This document shows positions 9,069 through 18,376 of a stretch of DNA of 30,548 bases, one piece after another. The stretch is from positions 1-30,548 of the forward strand of contig USJA01000001.1 of assembly GCA_900554875.1 (NCBI GenBank), given 5' to 3'. The translations under genes were made by a program, and so were the position numbers. Each line of letters starts with the position of its first letter. The first letter of the stretch is position 1. The DNA comes from an uncultured Clostridium sp. Lineage in GTDB: Bacteria; Bacillota; Clostridia; TANB77; CAG-465. The notes beneath the pieces were generated by a model. That model was not told the DNA's origin. It did no database searches and saw only the letters and a program-made list of their open reading frames with translations.

Positions 9069-10289
9069 TTAAAATTGTCTTTTTTTTCTTCTTACTACAG
9101 TAGTGGCTATAGCAGATAGAAGAAGTAATATTATACAAGGATCATTAAAATCCCTTCTTGAATCCCCTGTTTCAACTACCTTGCCAGAAACACTTGAACT
9201 ACTTCCGCTACCATTATCACTTGGTGTAGGTGTTGGTGTTGGTGCAGGTGTCGGATCAGTTGGATCTGTCGGAACAGTCGGATCTGTCGGATCAGTTGGA
9301 TCTGTCGGAACAGTCGGATCTGTCGGAACAGTTGGCTCTGTTGGGACAGTTGGTTCTGTTGGATCAGTTGGATCAGTTGGTTCAGTTGGCTCTGTTGGAA
9401 CAGTTGGCTCTGTCGGTTCAGTTGGTTCTGTCGGGACAGTTGGCTCTGTCGGTTCAGTTGGTTCTGTCGGTTCAGTTGGTTCTGTCGGAACTGTTGGATC
9501 TGTCGGAACTGTTGGTTCTGTTGGAACTGTTGGCTCTGTTGGAACTACTGGTTCTGTTGGAACTGTTGGTTCTGTTGGAACTGTTGGTTCTGTCGGAACA
9601 GTTGGTTCTGTTGGAACTACTGGCTCTGTTGGAACAGTTGGTTCTGTTGGCTCAGTTGGTTCTGTTGGAACAATAGTCTTCTGATTAGTAGCCCAATACT
9701 CAAACCAGCTTGATAGTTGGCTTGGTAGTTTTGCCTCAAATTCTTCGATAGATAAATAGTTTTTTTCAAAGCCAGTCCAATAGCCATACATTTTTTTATC
9801 AAGTTTATGGAAATTTTTCATATCAGGTAGACTTGTTAAATTATTATTAGTAAGATCCAATGATTCAAGAAAGTCATTCATTCCAATAATAGCATCAATA
9901 TTTTCAATTGCACTATCAGATACCCAAAGGTTTTGTAATTTCAAACCATTCAAGCCATCAAGAGTCTTTAATTTGCTACAATCAATAATAGTAACAGCTT
10001 TCAGATTATGGCATAGACTTAAGCCTTGTAAGCTTTTTATTCCATATTCTGACTCACTATCAATAAAATGATTATATTCAAATAGATCCAACGAATTTAA
10101 TTCTGACTGTGATATTTTACCATCCTTGTCGCTATCTGCAACTTTTACAAGTTCCTTATATAGAACTTCATCTGGAATATCTTTTTGTGTAATTATCCGG
10201 TCTTCTGCTTCGTTAGAAGCTGAAACAGGAATTACTCCAATAGCCATAACCATAACGATTGTTAAAATAACTGATAATAATTTCTTCAT
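9069..10289 (-). CDS. Secreted/cell-wall-anchored leucine-rich-repeat protein with PT(E/D/V) stalk and sortase-like VETG signal
   Basis: Signal peptide (VSA-S); EF-hand-like DSDKDGKISQSE; LRR units (IKSLQGLSLCHNL, LESLDLTNNNLTSLP); long Pro-Thr repeat; VVETGD, hydrophobic stretch, RRKKR tail. Confidence 0.85.
   Translation of the reverse strand: MKKLLSVILTIVMVMAIGVIPVSASNEAEDRIITQKDIPDEVLYKELVKVADSDKDGKISQSELNSLDLFEYNHFIDSESEYGIKSLQGLSLCHNLKAVTIIDCSKLKTLDGLNGLKLQNLWVSDSAIENIDAIIGMNDFLESLDLTNNNLTSLPDMKNFHKLDKKMYGYWTGFEKNYLSIEEFEAKLPSQLSSWFEYWATNQKTIVPTEPTEPTEPTVPTEPVVPTEPTVPTEPTVPTEPTVPTEPVVPTEPTVPTEPTVPTDPTVPTEPTEPTEPTEPTEPTVPTEPTEPTEPTVPTEPTEPTDPTDPTEPTVPTEPTVPTDPTVPTDPTDPTDPTVPTDPTDPTPAPTPTPTPSDNGSGSSSSVSGKVVETGDSRRDFNDPCIILLLLSAIATTVVRRKKRQF
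9222..9668 (-). repeat. Intragenic 9-nt tandem repeat encoding (PT[E/D/V])n
   Basis: About 45-50 imperfect copies of a 9-nt unit (plus strand e.g. tctgttggt / acagttggt / tcagttgga). Confidence 0.95.
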
Positions 10290-10330
10290 ATAAATTCTCC
10301 TTTTTTATAAGTATAAATTAAAAATGTATT

Positions 10331-10391
10331 TACGGAGATCCACTACTCTCCGTATTGTTGGAGAGCAATTAAGATTACTCATATCTTAATT
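10331..10391 (-). promoter_or_regulatory. Structured 5' leader and operator-like inverted repeat of the LRR gene
   Basis: Inverted repeats tacggaga (10331-10338) / tctccgta (10347-10354), the alternative pair 10346-10351 / 10360-10365, and aattaagat (10367-10375) / atcttaatt (10383-10391). Confidence 0.45.
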
Positions 10392-10417
10392 ATAGCATTT
10401 TATGTATATCTTGTCAA
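10389..10417 (-). promoter_or_regulatory. Sigma-A consensus promoter with extended -10 for the LRR gene
   Basis: TTGACA (10417-10412), 17-nt spacer ending TGc, TATAAT (10394-10389). Confidence 0.85.
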
Positions 10418-10459
10418 TACTTTTTCCATATTTTTCAAGCTTTTACCAAAAAATAGCAA

Positions 10460-10487
10460 AAAATATCAGGCTTTCGCCTGATATTTT
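10460..10487 (-). terminator. Intrinsic terminator ending the Tad-like operon
   Basis: Perfect 12-bp stem aaaatatcaggc / gcctgatatttt with a GAAA loop on the minus strand and a T tract. Confidence 0.85.
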
Positions 10488-10499
10488 AATATATATTTA

Positions 10500-13370
10500 T
10501 TAGTCAAAATCATTTGCCGCTCTATTATCTAAATCAAATAATGCAACTGTACCTTTTACATCTCCATACTTAGCATTAGAATTTGTATCATTTACAGTCC
10601 AAGTTCCCTTTTCTAACTGAATACTTAAATCATCTGCTTTTTTTCCAGGTGTACTAAATCCAAGATATCCTTCATAATCCCATTGAGTAGTATTGGTATT
10701 TGGATCTGCTTTTTTATCATTAGAATTATAACTAATCTTGTTTTCTTTTCCATTGGAACTTTCACAACTAACAATTTCAAATTTAACTCCAACATAACCA
10801 TCTGTTAATGGTTTTGAAACATTTGATCCCTCTACAGCGATGGTTGAATTTGGTAATTTAAACTCACCATACCAAGATTGTATAAAATTGTTGTCTGACG
10901 AACTCATCATCTTACTACTTAAAACAAAATAATCGCTACTTCCAACTGTAAGTGGTTCTAACTGACTTGACATTGTATCAAGATTTGAAGTTACCCCTGA
11001 ATTTGATTTTGTCCTATATCCATCATTTGGTTTGAAATAAATTGTATAATTGCTTCCAACAAATTTTGTATATTTTCCTGAAGAATTTTTATAGTATAAA
11101 TTAATATTTGGTTTATACGTTTTACCATCTTTTGAAATATAATAGTATTTTGGTGTAATTCTTACTTCTTTTTTTGGACTATTTGCATCGTTTAAGTCTT
11201 CCTTTGATTTATCAAAGAAACCGCTTGTTTTTAAATCAAAGCTTATTCTATACCCCATTTTAGGTGCATTTACATATGATATATTTGTATTTTTATATGG
11301 TCCAAGTGGAAGTATTGTTTTTGCAGCAGCTGACGAAGAAATTGTAAGCCCTTCTCTGTCTTCCAAAGTATTCACATCACTTGAATATATACTATATTTT
11401 TTTACTCCAGAAAAATATTCAATTCCAGTTAAATCATTTACACCTTGTTCATTTTTCCTAAACACTGATTTAAAATCAATATCTGAACAATCCGTAACTT
11501 TAAAATCATAAATTCTTCCTAAGTTTGTAACTTCATTATCGCTCTTAGCAAAATAATAAGCATCATTATACATTGTTGAATCACTATATGCTCGTGCATC
11601 ATGAACCTTGTAATCAGTATAATTTATTCCGCTTTCACAGTAGTTTCTCTTTACTGGGAAAGTCTCATATTGTCCGTTTCTATTAACTTTAAAACTATCA
11701 TTATTTTTTAAGCCAATATATGTATATTCATTAGCAGAAGTAATTAGATTTTTTGATTCTCTATTTAAAACTTCCTGTTTTAGCCAATTACTATTTTCAA
11801 TAGGCATATTATTTGACGAAGCTACTAAAGATATTTTTCTTGTGTCACTTGTATTTTCATTTGTACTATTTTGATTTATGTTACCACTGACTGTGTTTCC
11901 AGCTTTTGCCTTGAATTCTTTCGTATCCTTACTTAATACAATAACTGTACCATATGGAATTTCCTCTCCAACGTTTTTAGTTATTTCTTGAATTTGACCA
12001 CCACTTGTAAATGAATATAATTTTTCATAATTTGTATCATTAGTCTTTACTACATTTATATCAAAAATTAAGTAATACTTATCTATATATTCAGTATATT
12101 TATGATTTTTGTATGCATCACCTGTTGGCTCACTAATTTTAAGAGTAAAGTCTGCATTTTTCTGAATCACTGATGTATTATTTGTTCCAACTGAATGGTC
12201 AACAATTCCACTAGATTCGACTTTAACCTTTTCAACTTTAATTGGGTTATATACAATTACCTTAGATTCATTCTTCGTATTTGTAGAAATTTTAGAACCT
12301 GAATAACTATTAGTTAAAACATTGTATTTTTGATAATTTGCTGTAATTTTTGGTATTCGAAGTCCATTATATCTATTTTCAGGTACTTTATAACCAGTCT
12401 CAAAATCATTTTTTTCAGTCTTTTTCTCTGCAGTAGTCTTCAAATCGGATTTTGAAGGGAAGTTCTTAACTTCCTTATATTTATTCAATTCTGCATTTAT
12501 AGAATCTACATTTTTAGCTGTAAATTCCTTTGTCGAATTTCCCTCTAGTAACGTCCACTTATCATTTGCACCCCCAAATATTTTTCCTACATCACCACTA
12601 TTATTGCTAATATTACCAGAAATTAACTTGTTTACATCAAAATTTTTAGCCTTGTATTTAAGAACATTTCCTTCTATTTTATATTCGTATTTTAAAGTTA
12701 TAAATTTAACTTTATTTGCAATTAAATATGGTGTTATATTCTCATTCGTTGGAGTATATTGCATTTGACAATCATCTGTTTTTGAACCATCAGATACTGT
12801 TTTAATTCCACTTTCAGGTGTATTCCCACCTCCATCTGGATTATCAGGATCATCCGGTGGAATATTCACCTTTTTATACTTGAACTCTATTACTGTGACC
12901 TTACTTGTATCTCCAGCTGTTATATTAACTGTATCCTTAATATTACTCTTAGCCTTAGACAAATTCTTATGTGCCTCTTCATATGATGTACTTGTACTAA
13001 CTTTTACTCCTGTAAGCTCATAATATTTTGCCCTATCTACTATTGTAAGATATCTACTAACAATTAATTTGTCTCCTGAATCCACCTCATAATACTCAGG
13101 ATAAACTGAACTATGCTTATTATTTGATGAAAATTTATTATTTTTTAATTCTTCAAGATTTCCACTACCACCTCTATCTAATACTTCTGAGTCATTATGA
13201 CCTATGTCATTTCCTTTTTCATCAATATGTCTTACATATACTTTTGAATTTGTGTTAACCACATTTTTTGGTAGTAAAAGAATATTGTCATAATAGTTTA
13301 AAAATGACATTTCTTCCTGTCCACCGTGGTCCATGTAGCCCAAATCTTTTTGCCCAGTTCTCTTCTTCAT
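10500..13370 (-). CDS. C-terminal part (+1 frame) of a large secreted, probably pilus-associated protein; predicted fused gene 10500..14133, about 1210 aa
   Basis: Long Asn/Ser/Thr/Tyr-rich ORF with no signal peptide or clear SD of its own; overlaps the upstream ORF, which supplies a signal peptide. The C-terminal QSWYGEFKLP..DGYVGVKF recalls large proteins of Firmicutes Tad-like clusters (from memory, unverified). Confidence 0.8.
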   Translation of the reverse strand: MKKRTGQKDLGYMDHGGQEEMSFLNYYDNILLLPKNVVNTNSKVYVRHIDEKGNDIGHNDSEVLDRGGSGNLEELKNNKFSSNNKHSSVYPEYYEVDSGDKLIVSRYLTIVDRAKYYELTGVKVSTSTSYEEAHKNLSKAKSNIKDTVNITAGDTSKVTVIEFKYKKVNIPPDDPDNPDGGGNTPESGIKTVSDGSKTDDCQMQYTPTNENITPYLIANKVKFITLKYEYKIEGNVLKYKAKNFDVNKLISGNISNNSGDVGKIFGGANDKWTLLEGNSTKEFTAKNVDSINAELNKYKEVKNFPSKSDLKTTAEKKTEKNDFETGYKVPENRYNGLRIPKITANYQKYNVLTNSYSGSKISTNTKNESKVIVYNPIKVEKVKVESSGIVDHSVGTNNTSVIQKNADFTLKISEPTGDAYKNHKYTEYIDKYYLIFDINVVKTNDTNYEKLYSFTSGGQIQEITKNVGEEIPYGTVIVLSKDTKEFKAKAGNTVSGNINQNSTNENTSDTRKISLVASSNNMPIENSNWLKQEVLNRESKNLITSANEYTYIGLKNNDSFKVNRNGQYETFPVKRNYCESGINYTDYKVHDARAYSDSTMYNDAYYFAKSDNEVTNLGRIYDFKVTDCSDIDFKSVFRKNEQGVNDLTGIEYFSGVKKYSIYSSDVNTLEDREGLTISSSAAAKTILPLGPYKNTNISYVNAPKMGYRISFDLKTSGFFDKSKEDLNDANSPKKEVRITPKYYYISKDGKTYKPNINLYYKNSSGKYTKFVGSNYTIYFKPNDGYRTKSNSGVTSNLDTMSSQLEPLTVGSSDYFVLSSKMMSSSDNNFIQSWYGEFKLPNSTIAVEGSNVSKPLTDGYVGVKFEIVSCESSNGKENKISYNSNDKKADPNTNTTQWDYEGYLGFSTPGKKADDLSIQLEKGTWTVNDTNSNAKYGDVKGTVALFDLDNRAANDFD

Positions 13371-14133
13371 TTGGTACTAACTGTGTATTTTCTGCGGCTG
13401 TTAAAAAACCAACCTCTTTGATTTCATTGGATCCATTTTTATCATAAACCGAACGTTCATTACTGTTATACCAATTAGGATAAACCTCACCATAATAATA
13501 ACCTATTGGTTCTGAAATATAATATTTATAATATTTTTCCCCTTCAACGTTACTCGTCCCCAATTTATTTTTTATTTCTTTAATATAATTTTTTGAAATC
13601 TGATTTTCATTTAAAGATGCATATTTTCTTCCTTGTACAACTTGTCTAATTGTTTCCCTTCTTTCATATCTTGTGAACTCCACGTACTTAATTTTGTCAA
13701 AGTCTTTTTTATCTAATCCTGAGACATTGGTTTTAGAGTTTGTTCCATCTATACTGCCTTTTTTGTACCCATAATTGCCTCCAGACGTATATTTAGAAAA
13801 GGGTGCTGTGTGAACAACATATGAATATGATCTGATTGTCCCATTAGTCCAATCTCCTCCTCTTATACTATCTCCAAATGGCTTTACAAATTGGTGACTA
13901 GCATCTACATATTTCCACTCTATTTCACCAGTTACTCTTCTACCAGCGTTAACCCATGGTTCCCAACTTCCTCTATATGCACCTATACTTGATATAAACA
14001 CAATATCACCAGTTGTATTATCTTTTGTAGCATGTATTTCTATATCCTTTGCAAATATATATGTATTACATGTTAGGAAAAGAAAAACAAAGGATATTAA
14101 TATAAGTAATCCTTTTTTTAAATGTTTTTTCAT
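13288..14133 (-). CDS. N-terminal part of the large secreted protein (signal peptide), joined to the downstream ORF by a +1 shift
   Basis: AAAGGAGG SD; signal peptide MKKHLKK...IFA-K; the frame contains CCA CGG T shortly before its stop. Confidence 0.8.
   Translation of the reverse strand: MKKHLKKGLLILISFVFLFLTCNTYIFAKDIEIHATKDNTTGDIVFISSIGAYRGSWEPWVNAGRRVTGEIEWKYVDASHQFVKPFGDSIRGGDWTNGTIRSYSYVVHTAPFSKYTSGGNYGYKKGSIDGTNSKTNVSGLDKKDFDKIKYVEFTRYERRETIRQVVQGRKYASLNENQISKNYIKEIKNKLGTSNVEGEKYYKYYISEPIGYYYGEVYPNWYNSNERSVYDKNGSNEIKEVGFLTAAENTQLVPNEEENWAKRFGLHGPRWTGRNVIFKLL
13323..13329 (-). other. Candidate +1 frameshift site CCA-C-GGT
   Basis: In-frame CGG at 13326-13324; skipping base 13326 gives ...LHGP-GGQEEMSFLNYYD... 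in the 941-codon downstream frame. Confidence 0.65.
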
Positions 14134-14148
14134 TTTTTCCTCCTTTCA

Positions 14149-15609
14149 TTAAAATTCTAATTTAATACTTCCTGCAATCCAATTCTTTATTGAACCATTT
14201 GAAATGCTAAGGTTTAAATCTTCATCCATTGATTCTCCCATTGGTACATCTAAGATCATTTTTGAAGTGTTAGTGTCATATTGAGTTTCAAGCTCTAAAT
14301 CATCGCCAAAAAATAAATTTTTGTCTGTATAGCAACCTGAAAAATCAACTTCAACTATAGTCCTTACTCTGTAATTTCTTCCATCGTAATATACTGCTGG
14401 TAAAGCTACTTTTGCGTTTCCTTTTAAAACAATTTTATTATCTTTTACATATTGTACATACTCTTTTACTTTTTCTTTGTCAACTCCATATAACATATAT
14501 GGTAAAATGTCAGCTGCAAACTTATCAGTATTTATTGTTGTGTAATCAACATTTAATATTGTGTTGAAATATTGTTCAACATAATTAGAAATCTGAAAAT
14601 AAAATTCTTTCTTTTCTGAATACACACTTTTTGCATTTTCATAACTATTTTTATCATAAATATAGTCTTCCTTTTCATACACACTCTTATCTACATCAGA
14701 TAATGTATATGGATACTGATCTTTATTTGAAGGCATTTTATCTTCATTTATATTTACTTTTGCATCTTCTATTGTTATTGTGTTGTATTTTACAAGGAAG
14801 TTTGAAATAATTTCATTCATTTGTCCTTTAAATATTTTTGAATCACCATTTATTTTCTTTTTATTTATAGTGATTATCTCGTTTGCAATCATATCTTCTA
14901 TTGCAATTTTTTCATCAGGTTTGTATTTGTCTATATCTTTTACTTTAAGATCAATTGCTGAATTTACTTCTTTTTCAAGTATCTTTGTTTTTGCATTTAC
15001 AAAATAACGTATTACCTCAATATATGTGGCTTTTTCATCTGCGTTATCTTTTGTTACATCTGCCTCTCCTATTATTCCTCTATATTTTGCGTATTCAACC
15101 CACATTGCATTATTGTAATTTTCTTCGGGTTCTCCAGCAAATCCTGATATATCGTTTGTGTTAAATACAGTTGCAAGTACCATTTTAACAGCTTCTGATT
15201 TTGTTATACTCTCTCCAGTTTTTGCACTTTGGTTATCATAAACTTTATCAAAGCCATAATTTTTCATTGTTTCTTCTAAGCCAAAATATGGTTTGTATTT
15301 GTTATATTTTACTAATGATACAATACCAAATATAGCTAGTCCAACTAATATAACTAATGCAACAAGAATTACAATTGTAATTCTTGACTTTATTGCTTTT
15401 TTATCTAGTTTTTTCTTTTCTTTTTTATTTCCGGGTTCTTTGCTCTTTTGATATGATGGTATAATTTTCTTTTGCTCTACTTGCTTTTTTTCTTCTTTTG
15501 GCTCATTTGTTTTATTTGTATCTTCATTTACGTTATCTATACTATTTGTAGTCTTTTGAACCTTTTTCTCCTTTTTTGTCTTAATTTTATCATCCTGGTT
15601 TTCTTTCAT
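14149..15609 (-). CDS. Single-pass membrane protein with degenerate S-layer-homology-like repeats
   Basis: Charged N-terminus, one TM helix, SLH-like segments ITKSEAVKMV, YAKYRGII, ATYIEVIRY, IFKGQMNEII. Confidence 0.65.
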   Translation of the reverse strand: MKENQDDKIKTKKEKKVQKTTNSIDNVNEDTNKTNEPKEEKKQVEQKKIIPSYQKSKEPGNKKEKKKLDKKAIKSRITIVILVALVILVGLAIFGIVSLVKYNKYKPYFGLEETMKNYGFDKVYDNQSAKTGESITKSEAVKMVLATVFNTNDISGFAGEPEENYNNAMWVEYAKYRGIIGEADVTKDNADEKATYIEVIRYFVNAKTKILEKEVNSAIDLKVKDIDKYKPDEKIAIEDMIANEIITINKKKINGDSKIFKGQMNEIISNFLVKYNTITIEDAKVNINEDKMPSNKDQYPYTLSDVDKSVYEKEDYIYDKNSYENAKSVYSEKKEFYFQISNYVEQYFNTILNVDYTTINTDKFAADILPYMLYGVDKEKVKEYVQYVKDNKIVLKGNAKVALPAVYYDGRNYRVRTIVEVDFSGCYTDKNLFFGDDLELETQYDTNTSKMILDVPMGESMDEDLNLSISNGSIKNWIAGSIKLEF

Positions 15610-15642
15610 TTACTTCACCCCTTATATATTTTATACAACACA

Positions 15643-16872
15643 TTATGGATTACAAATAGGACAAGGATAAAATCCTTCCAATGTAATATATGTATTTCCT
15701 GTTTTATATACAGCCCTTACTGATGCTGCTTGTTGCTTTGTAAATAAATATCCTGGTGTAATATTTTCATGTGTAGATACTCTATACTCTGGACAATTAA
15801 TATCTTTGTGGTATAAATTCATTTTATATTTTGAATTTTTATTTGCTATATCATCTGTTTTTGGCATTGTTAAATAATAACGAGTTATTTCTGTAAGTTT
15901 TGATGTACTATATGCTCTAGTGTTTAAATACCTATTTCCTATAGATATACCTTGAACAAGGGCCATTATACCTACATTTTTTATTTGACTTTCCATTTCC
16001 CCTTCTTCTAATGTTGGGAATGTGAAATTATATTTAATACCAGCATTACTTGCATAAATATTGTTATTATTTGTTGCAAATTGCATTTCACTTTCTATTG
16101 CATTTATTATAACTGACTTCCTTACTTCTTGTAATTTTTTTATAGTATCATTTAAGCAATCTTTTTTAGATTGTACATTTGGTTCTGTATTTGAAAATAA
16201 TTTGTAATTATTCTTAGTATCAGTTAAGTAAAAACTTGAGACTTCAATTTCTTCTTTTTTGCCATTTCTTACTTCATATCCTCTATGAGTAACATAGTCA
16301 TCCATTGTAAACTCTATTAAGTGATATGATTGAAGATTGGCTTCATTTGTATCATCACGGTTTTCAGTAAATGTTGCCCTATTACCATTTAGACTATCAT
16401 AATATATGTAATATTCATAAGTGTAATATTTCTTTGGCTTTAATGCATGCCTTATTACTTCTTGACCACCAAGTGAATCATCTTCAAATGACTCTATAGA
16501 TGAAACCTGTACACCGTTATAGTCGATTATAGCAATTGCAGGTATAAAATACTGCAAGTAATTCTCTGCATTTTTATTTCCCTTTATTCCAAAATTATTA
16601 TACATTGAATTTAAAAAAGTATCAACTGCTACTTGGGAATTAACACTAATTTTGTTGTTTGATGTACCTGAATATCCATAATCAATTTCAGAATCTGAAT
16701 TTTCAACTTCCTTCATTTGATCAGAAGCATCATTAAGTGCTGTACTAATAACCTTTTTGTAATACATTTCCTGCTCTTCTGCTTTTATTGTAAATGACAC
16801 ATTAACGTACACTATAATTATTATTGGAAGTGTAACCCCTATAAATATTAAAGCAAAATCTGTAAGTTTCAT
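15643..16872 (-). CDS. Tad-cluster pilin-like/accessory protein with C-terminal Cys/His motif
   Basis: N-terminal hydrophobic helix; C-terminal YH...C...G(F)YPCPICNP putative metal-binding module. Confidence 0.65.
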   Translation of the reverse strand: MKLTDFALIFIGVTLPIIIIVYVNVSFTIKAEEQEMYYKKVISTALNDASDQMKEVENSDSEIDYGYSGTSNNKISVNSQVAVDTFLNSMYNNFGIKGNKNAENYLQYFIPAIAIIDYNGVQVSSIESFEDDSLGGQEVIRHALKPKKYYTYEYYIYYDSLNGNRATFTENRDDTNEANLQSYHLIEFTMDDYVTHRGYEVRNGKKEEIEVSSFYLTDTKNNYKLFSNTEPNVQSKKDCLNDTIKKLQEVRKSVIINAIESEMQFATNNNNIYASNAGIKYNFTFPTLEEGEMESQIKNVGIMALVQGISIGNRYLNTRAYSTSKLTEITRYYLTMPKTDDIANKNSKYKMNLYHKDINCPEYRVSTHENITPGYLFTKQQAASVRAVYKTGNTYITLEGFYPCPICNP

Positions 16873-16887
16873 CTATTCACCTCATTT

Positions 16888-18339
16888 CTACATACCAATT
16901 ACCCTTGATTGAAGTAAAGTCAAATCTTCATCATCTACTTTACCATCTTGGTTCATATCCACTCTTTTTTTCTCATCTTCACTAAAGCTTAGAGTATTTG
17001 CAATATATTTTTGTAACAAGACTAGATCATTAATGTTAACCTTACCGTCGTTATTTACATCTCCTAATATATATCCAAAATCAACTATTTCCTTTAAGTA
17101 ATCTACATCGATTTGTGAAATAACACCATCACCATTAATGTCTGCTGCTTTTTGTTGTATTTCAGTAAATGTCACTTCATTATTTATTTTCCTTGTAATT
17201 AAGCCATAATCATCATCTGTTATTTTAAAATCTTGATTAACATCCCCTGTTATATAACCATTTTGTACATATTCTCCGACATATTTTTTATCTATCTCAT
17301 CTATATTTCCATCCTTGTTAATATCATAAGTTTCTTTTTCAGAATCTGTAAGGGTTCCTGTACCATCAATGTATTTTTGTATTTTATCTAAGTCTTCTGA
17401 TTTAAATTTTCTTTCTTGTTCATCTGGATTTCCAATTTTTAATATAATAGTCGTTGTATCTGACCTATATCCAAGTGCATCTATAGCATACACCTCTATT
17501 TTATATTTCATTCCATCTTCAAAGAAGCCCGTATCTTTTTCCAAACTAGTATCTTCTGTTGTCTCTTTTGTAGATGTTGCATTATTACTAAGATTAGTTA
17601 TTTTCCATTTATATTTTGAAATACTGTTAGCTGCACCTGAATCTTCACTACTAAATGCAGTAGATTTTGCCTTTATTGTTTTGTTTATAAATTCTGATTT
17701 AGGTAGTGTTTTTTCCTCGTTATTAGTTAAATTCTCATTATCAAAAGATATAACTGGTGCCCCTGGTGCTTGCATATGTCCTTTATATGTTGCATCAATA
17801 TTTTTCCAAGCATTGTTTTTTATAATACCACCATATTCAACTGAAATTCTATCCTTTTTTGATGCAGGAATAATTGTATTAAACAAAGAGCCTGCTAGTG
17901 TCATATTACTATTTTTAACTCTAACATATATTTCATCCTTAGCATTTAATCTATATATATTATTTTTTATTGTTTTTTTCATTAAACTACTATCTATAGT
18001 ATTTTCTTCAATAGTATTAAAAATATCACTACTATAATCTATATAGCTATCTTCTGTATATACGTCAGTATCACCTTCAGGTAATAATACCTTTCTGTGA
18101 GCCTCAACCTGAATATCATATACATTACCAGTATTTGCAAGCTCAGTTACAAATTTGTTATACATATTTTGATCAATATATCCATTGTTCATAACCTGAT
18201 CTGCAAACGTTGAAGTTGCTTTTAATACCAAGTTATATGACATATCATCCTGTCTTTCAAAAAAATTATACAAAGGGAAAATTACTATAAGAAGTACTAA
18301 CAAAATTATCGTTATTATTATACTTAAATTATCTTTCAT
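16888..18339 (-). CDS. Minor pilin-like protein fused to a beta-rich domain and dockerin type I-like repeats
   Basis: N-terminal ~175 aa paralogous to 19393..20166; five DxNxDGxI/V Ca-binding loops (DINKDGNID, DVNQDFKIT, DINGDGVIS, DVNNDGKVN, DMNQDGKVD). Confidence 0.8.
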   Translation of the reverse strand: MKDNLSIIITIILLVLLIVIFPLYNFFERQDDMSYNLVLKATSTFADQVMNNGYIDQNMYNKFVTELANTGNVYDIQVEAHRKVLLPEGDTDVYTEDSYIDYSSDIFNTIEENTIDSSLMKKTIKNNIYRLNAKDEIYVRVKNSNMTLAGSLFNTIIPASKKDRISVEYGGIIKNNAWKNIDATYKGHMQAPGAPVISFDNENLTNNEEKTLPKSEFINKTIKAKSTAFSSEDSGAANSISKYKWKITNLSNNATSTKETTEDTSLEKDTGFFEDGMKYKIEVYAIDALGYRSDTTTIILKIGNPDEQERKFKSEDLDKIQKYIDGTGTLTDSEKETYDINKDGNIDEIDKKYVGEYVQNGYITGDVNQDFKITDDDYGLITRKINNEVTFTEIQQKAADINGDGVISQIDVDYLKEIVDFGYILGDVNNDGKVNINDLVLLQKYIANTLSFSEDEKKRVDMNQDGKVDDEDLTLLQSRVIGM

Positions 18340-18376
18340 ACACTAATTTTCCCCCCTCCTTCTATTTTTCATACTT

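Noticed and set aside
9222..9668. Repeat array considered as a CRISPR array
   Set aside because: It is a 9-nt coding tandem repeat with no unique spacers and no cas genes nearby.
9103..9684. Plus-strand 193-aa and 148-aa ORFs (GSV/GTV and EQLVLL repeats) and the minus-strand 61-aa ORF 9617..9802
   Set aside because: They are shadows or alternate frames of the PT tandem-repeat gene, which has the promoter, SD, signal peptide and terminator.
16888..18339. Diversity-generating retroelement or invertible shufflon acting on pilin tips
   Set aside because: No reverse transcriptase, recombinase or template/variable repeat pair is visible in the window.
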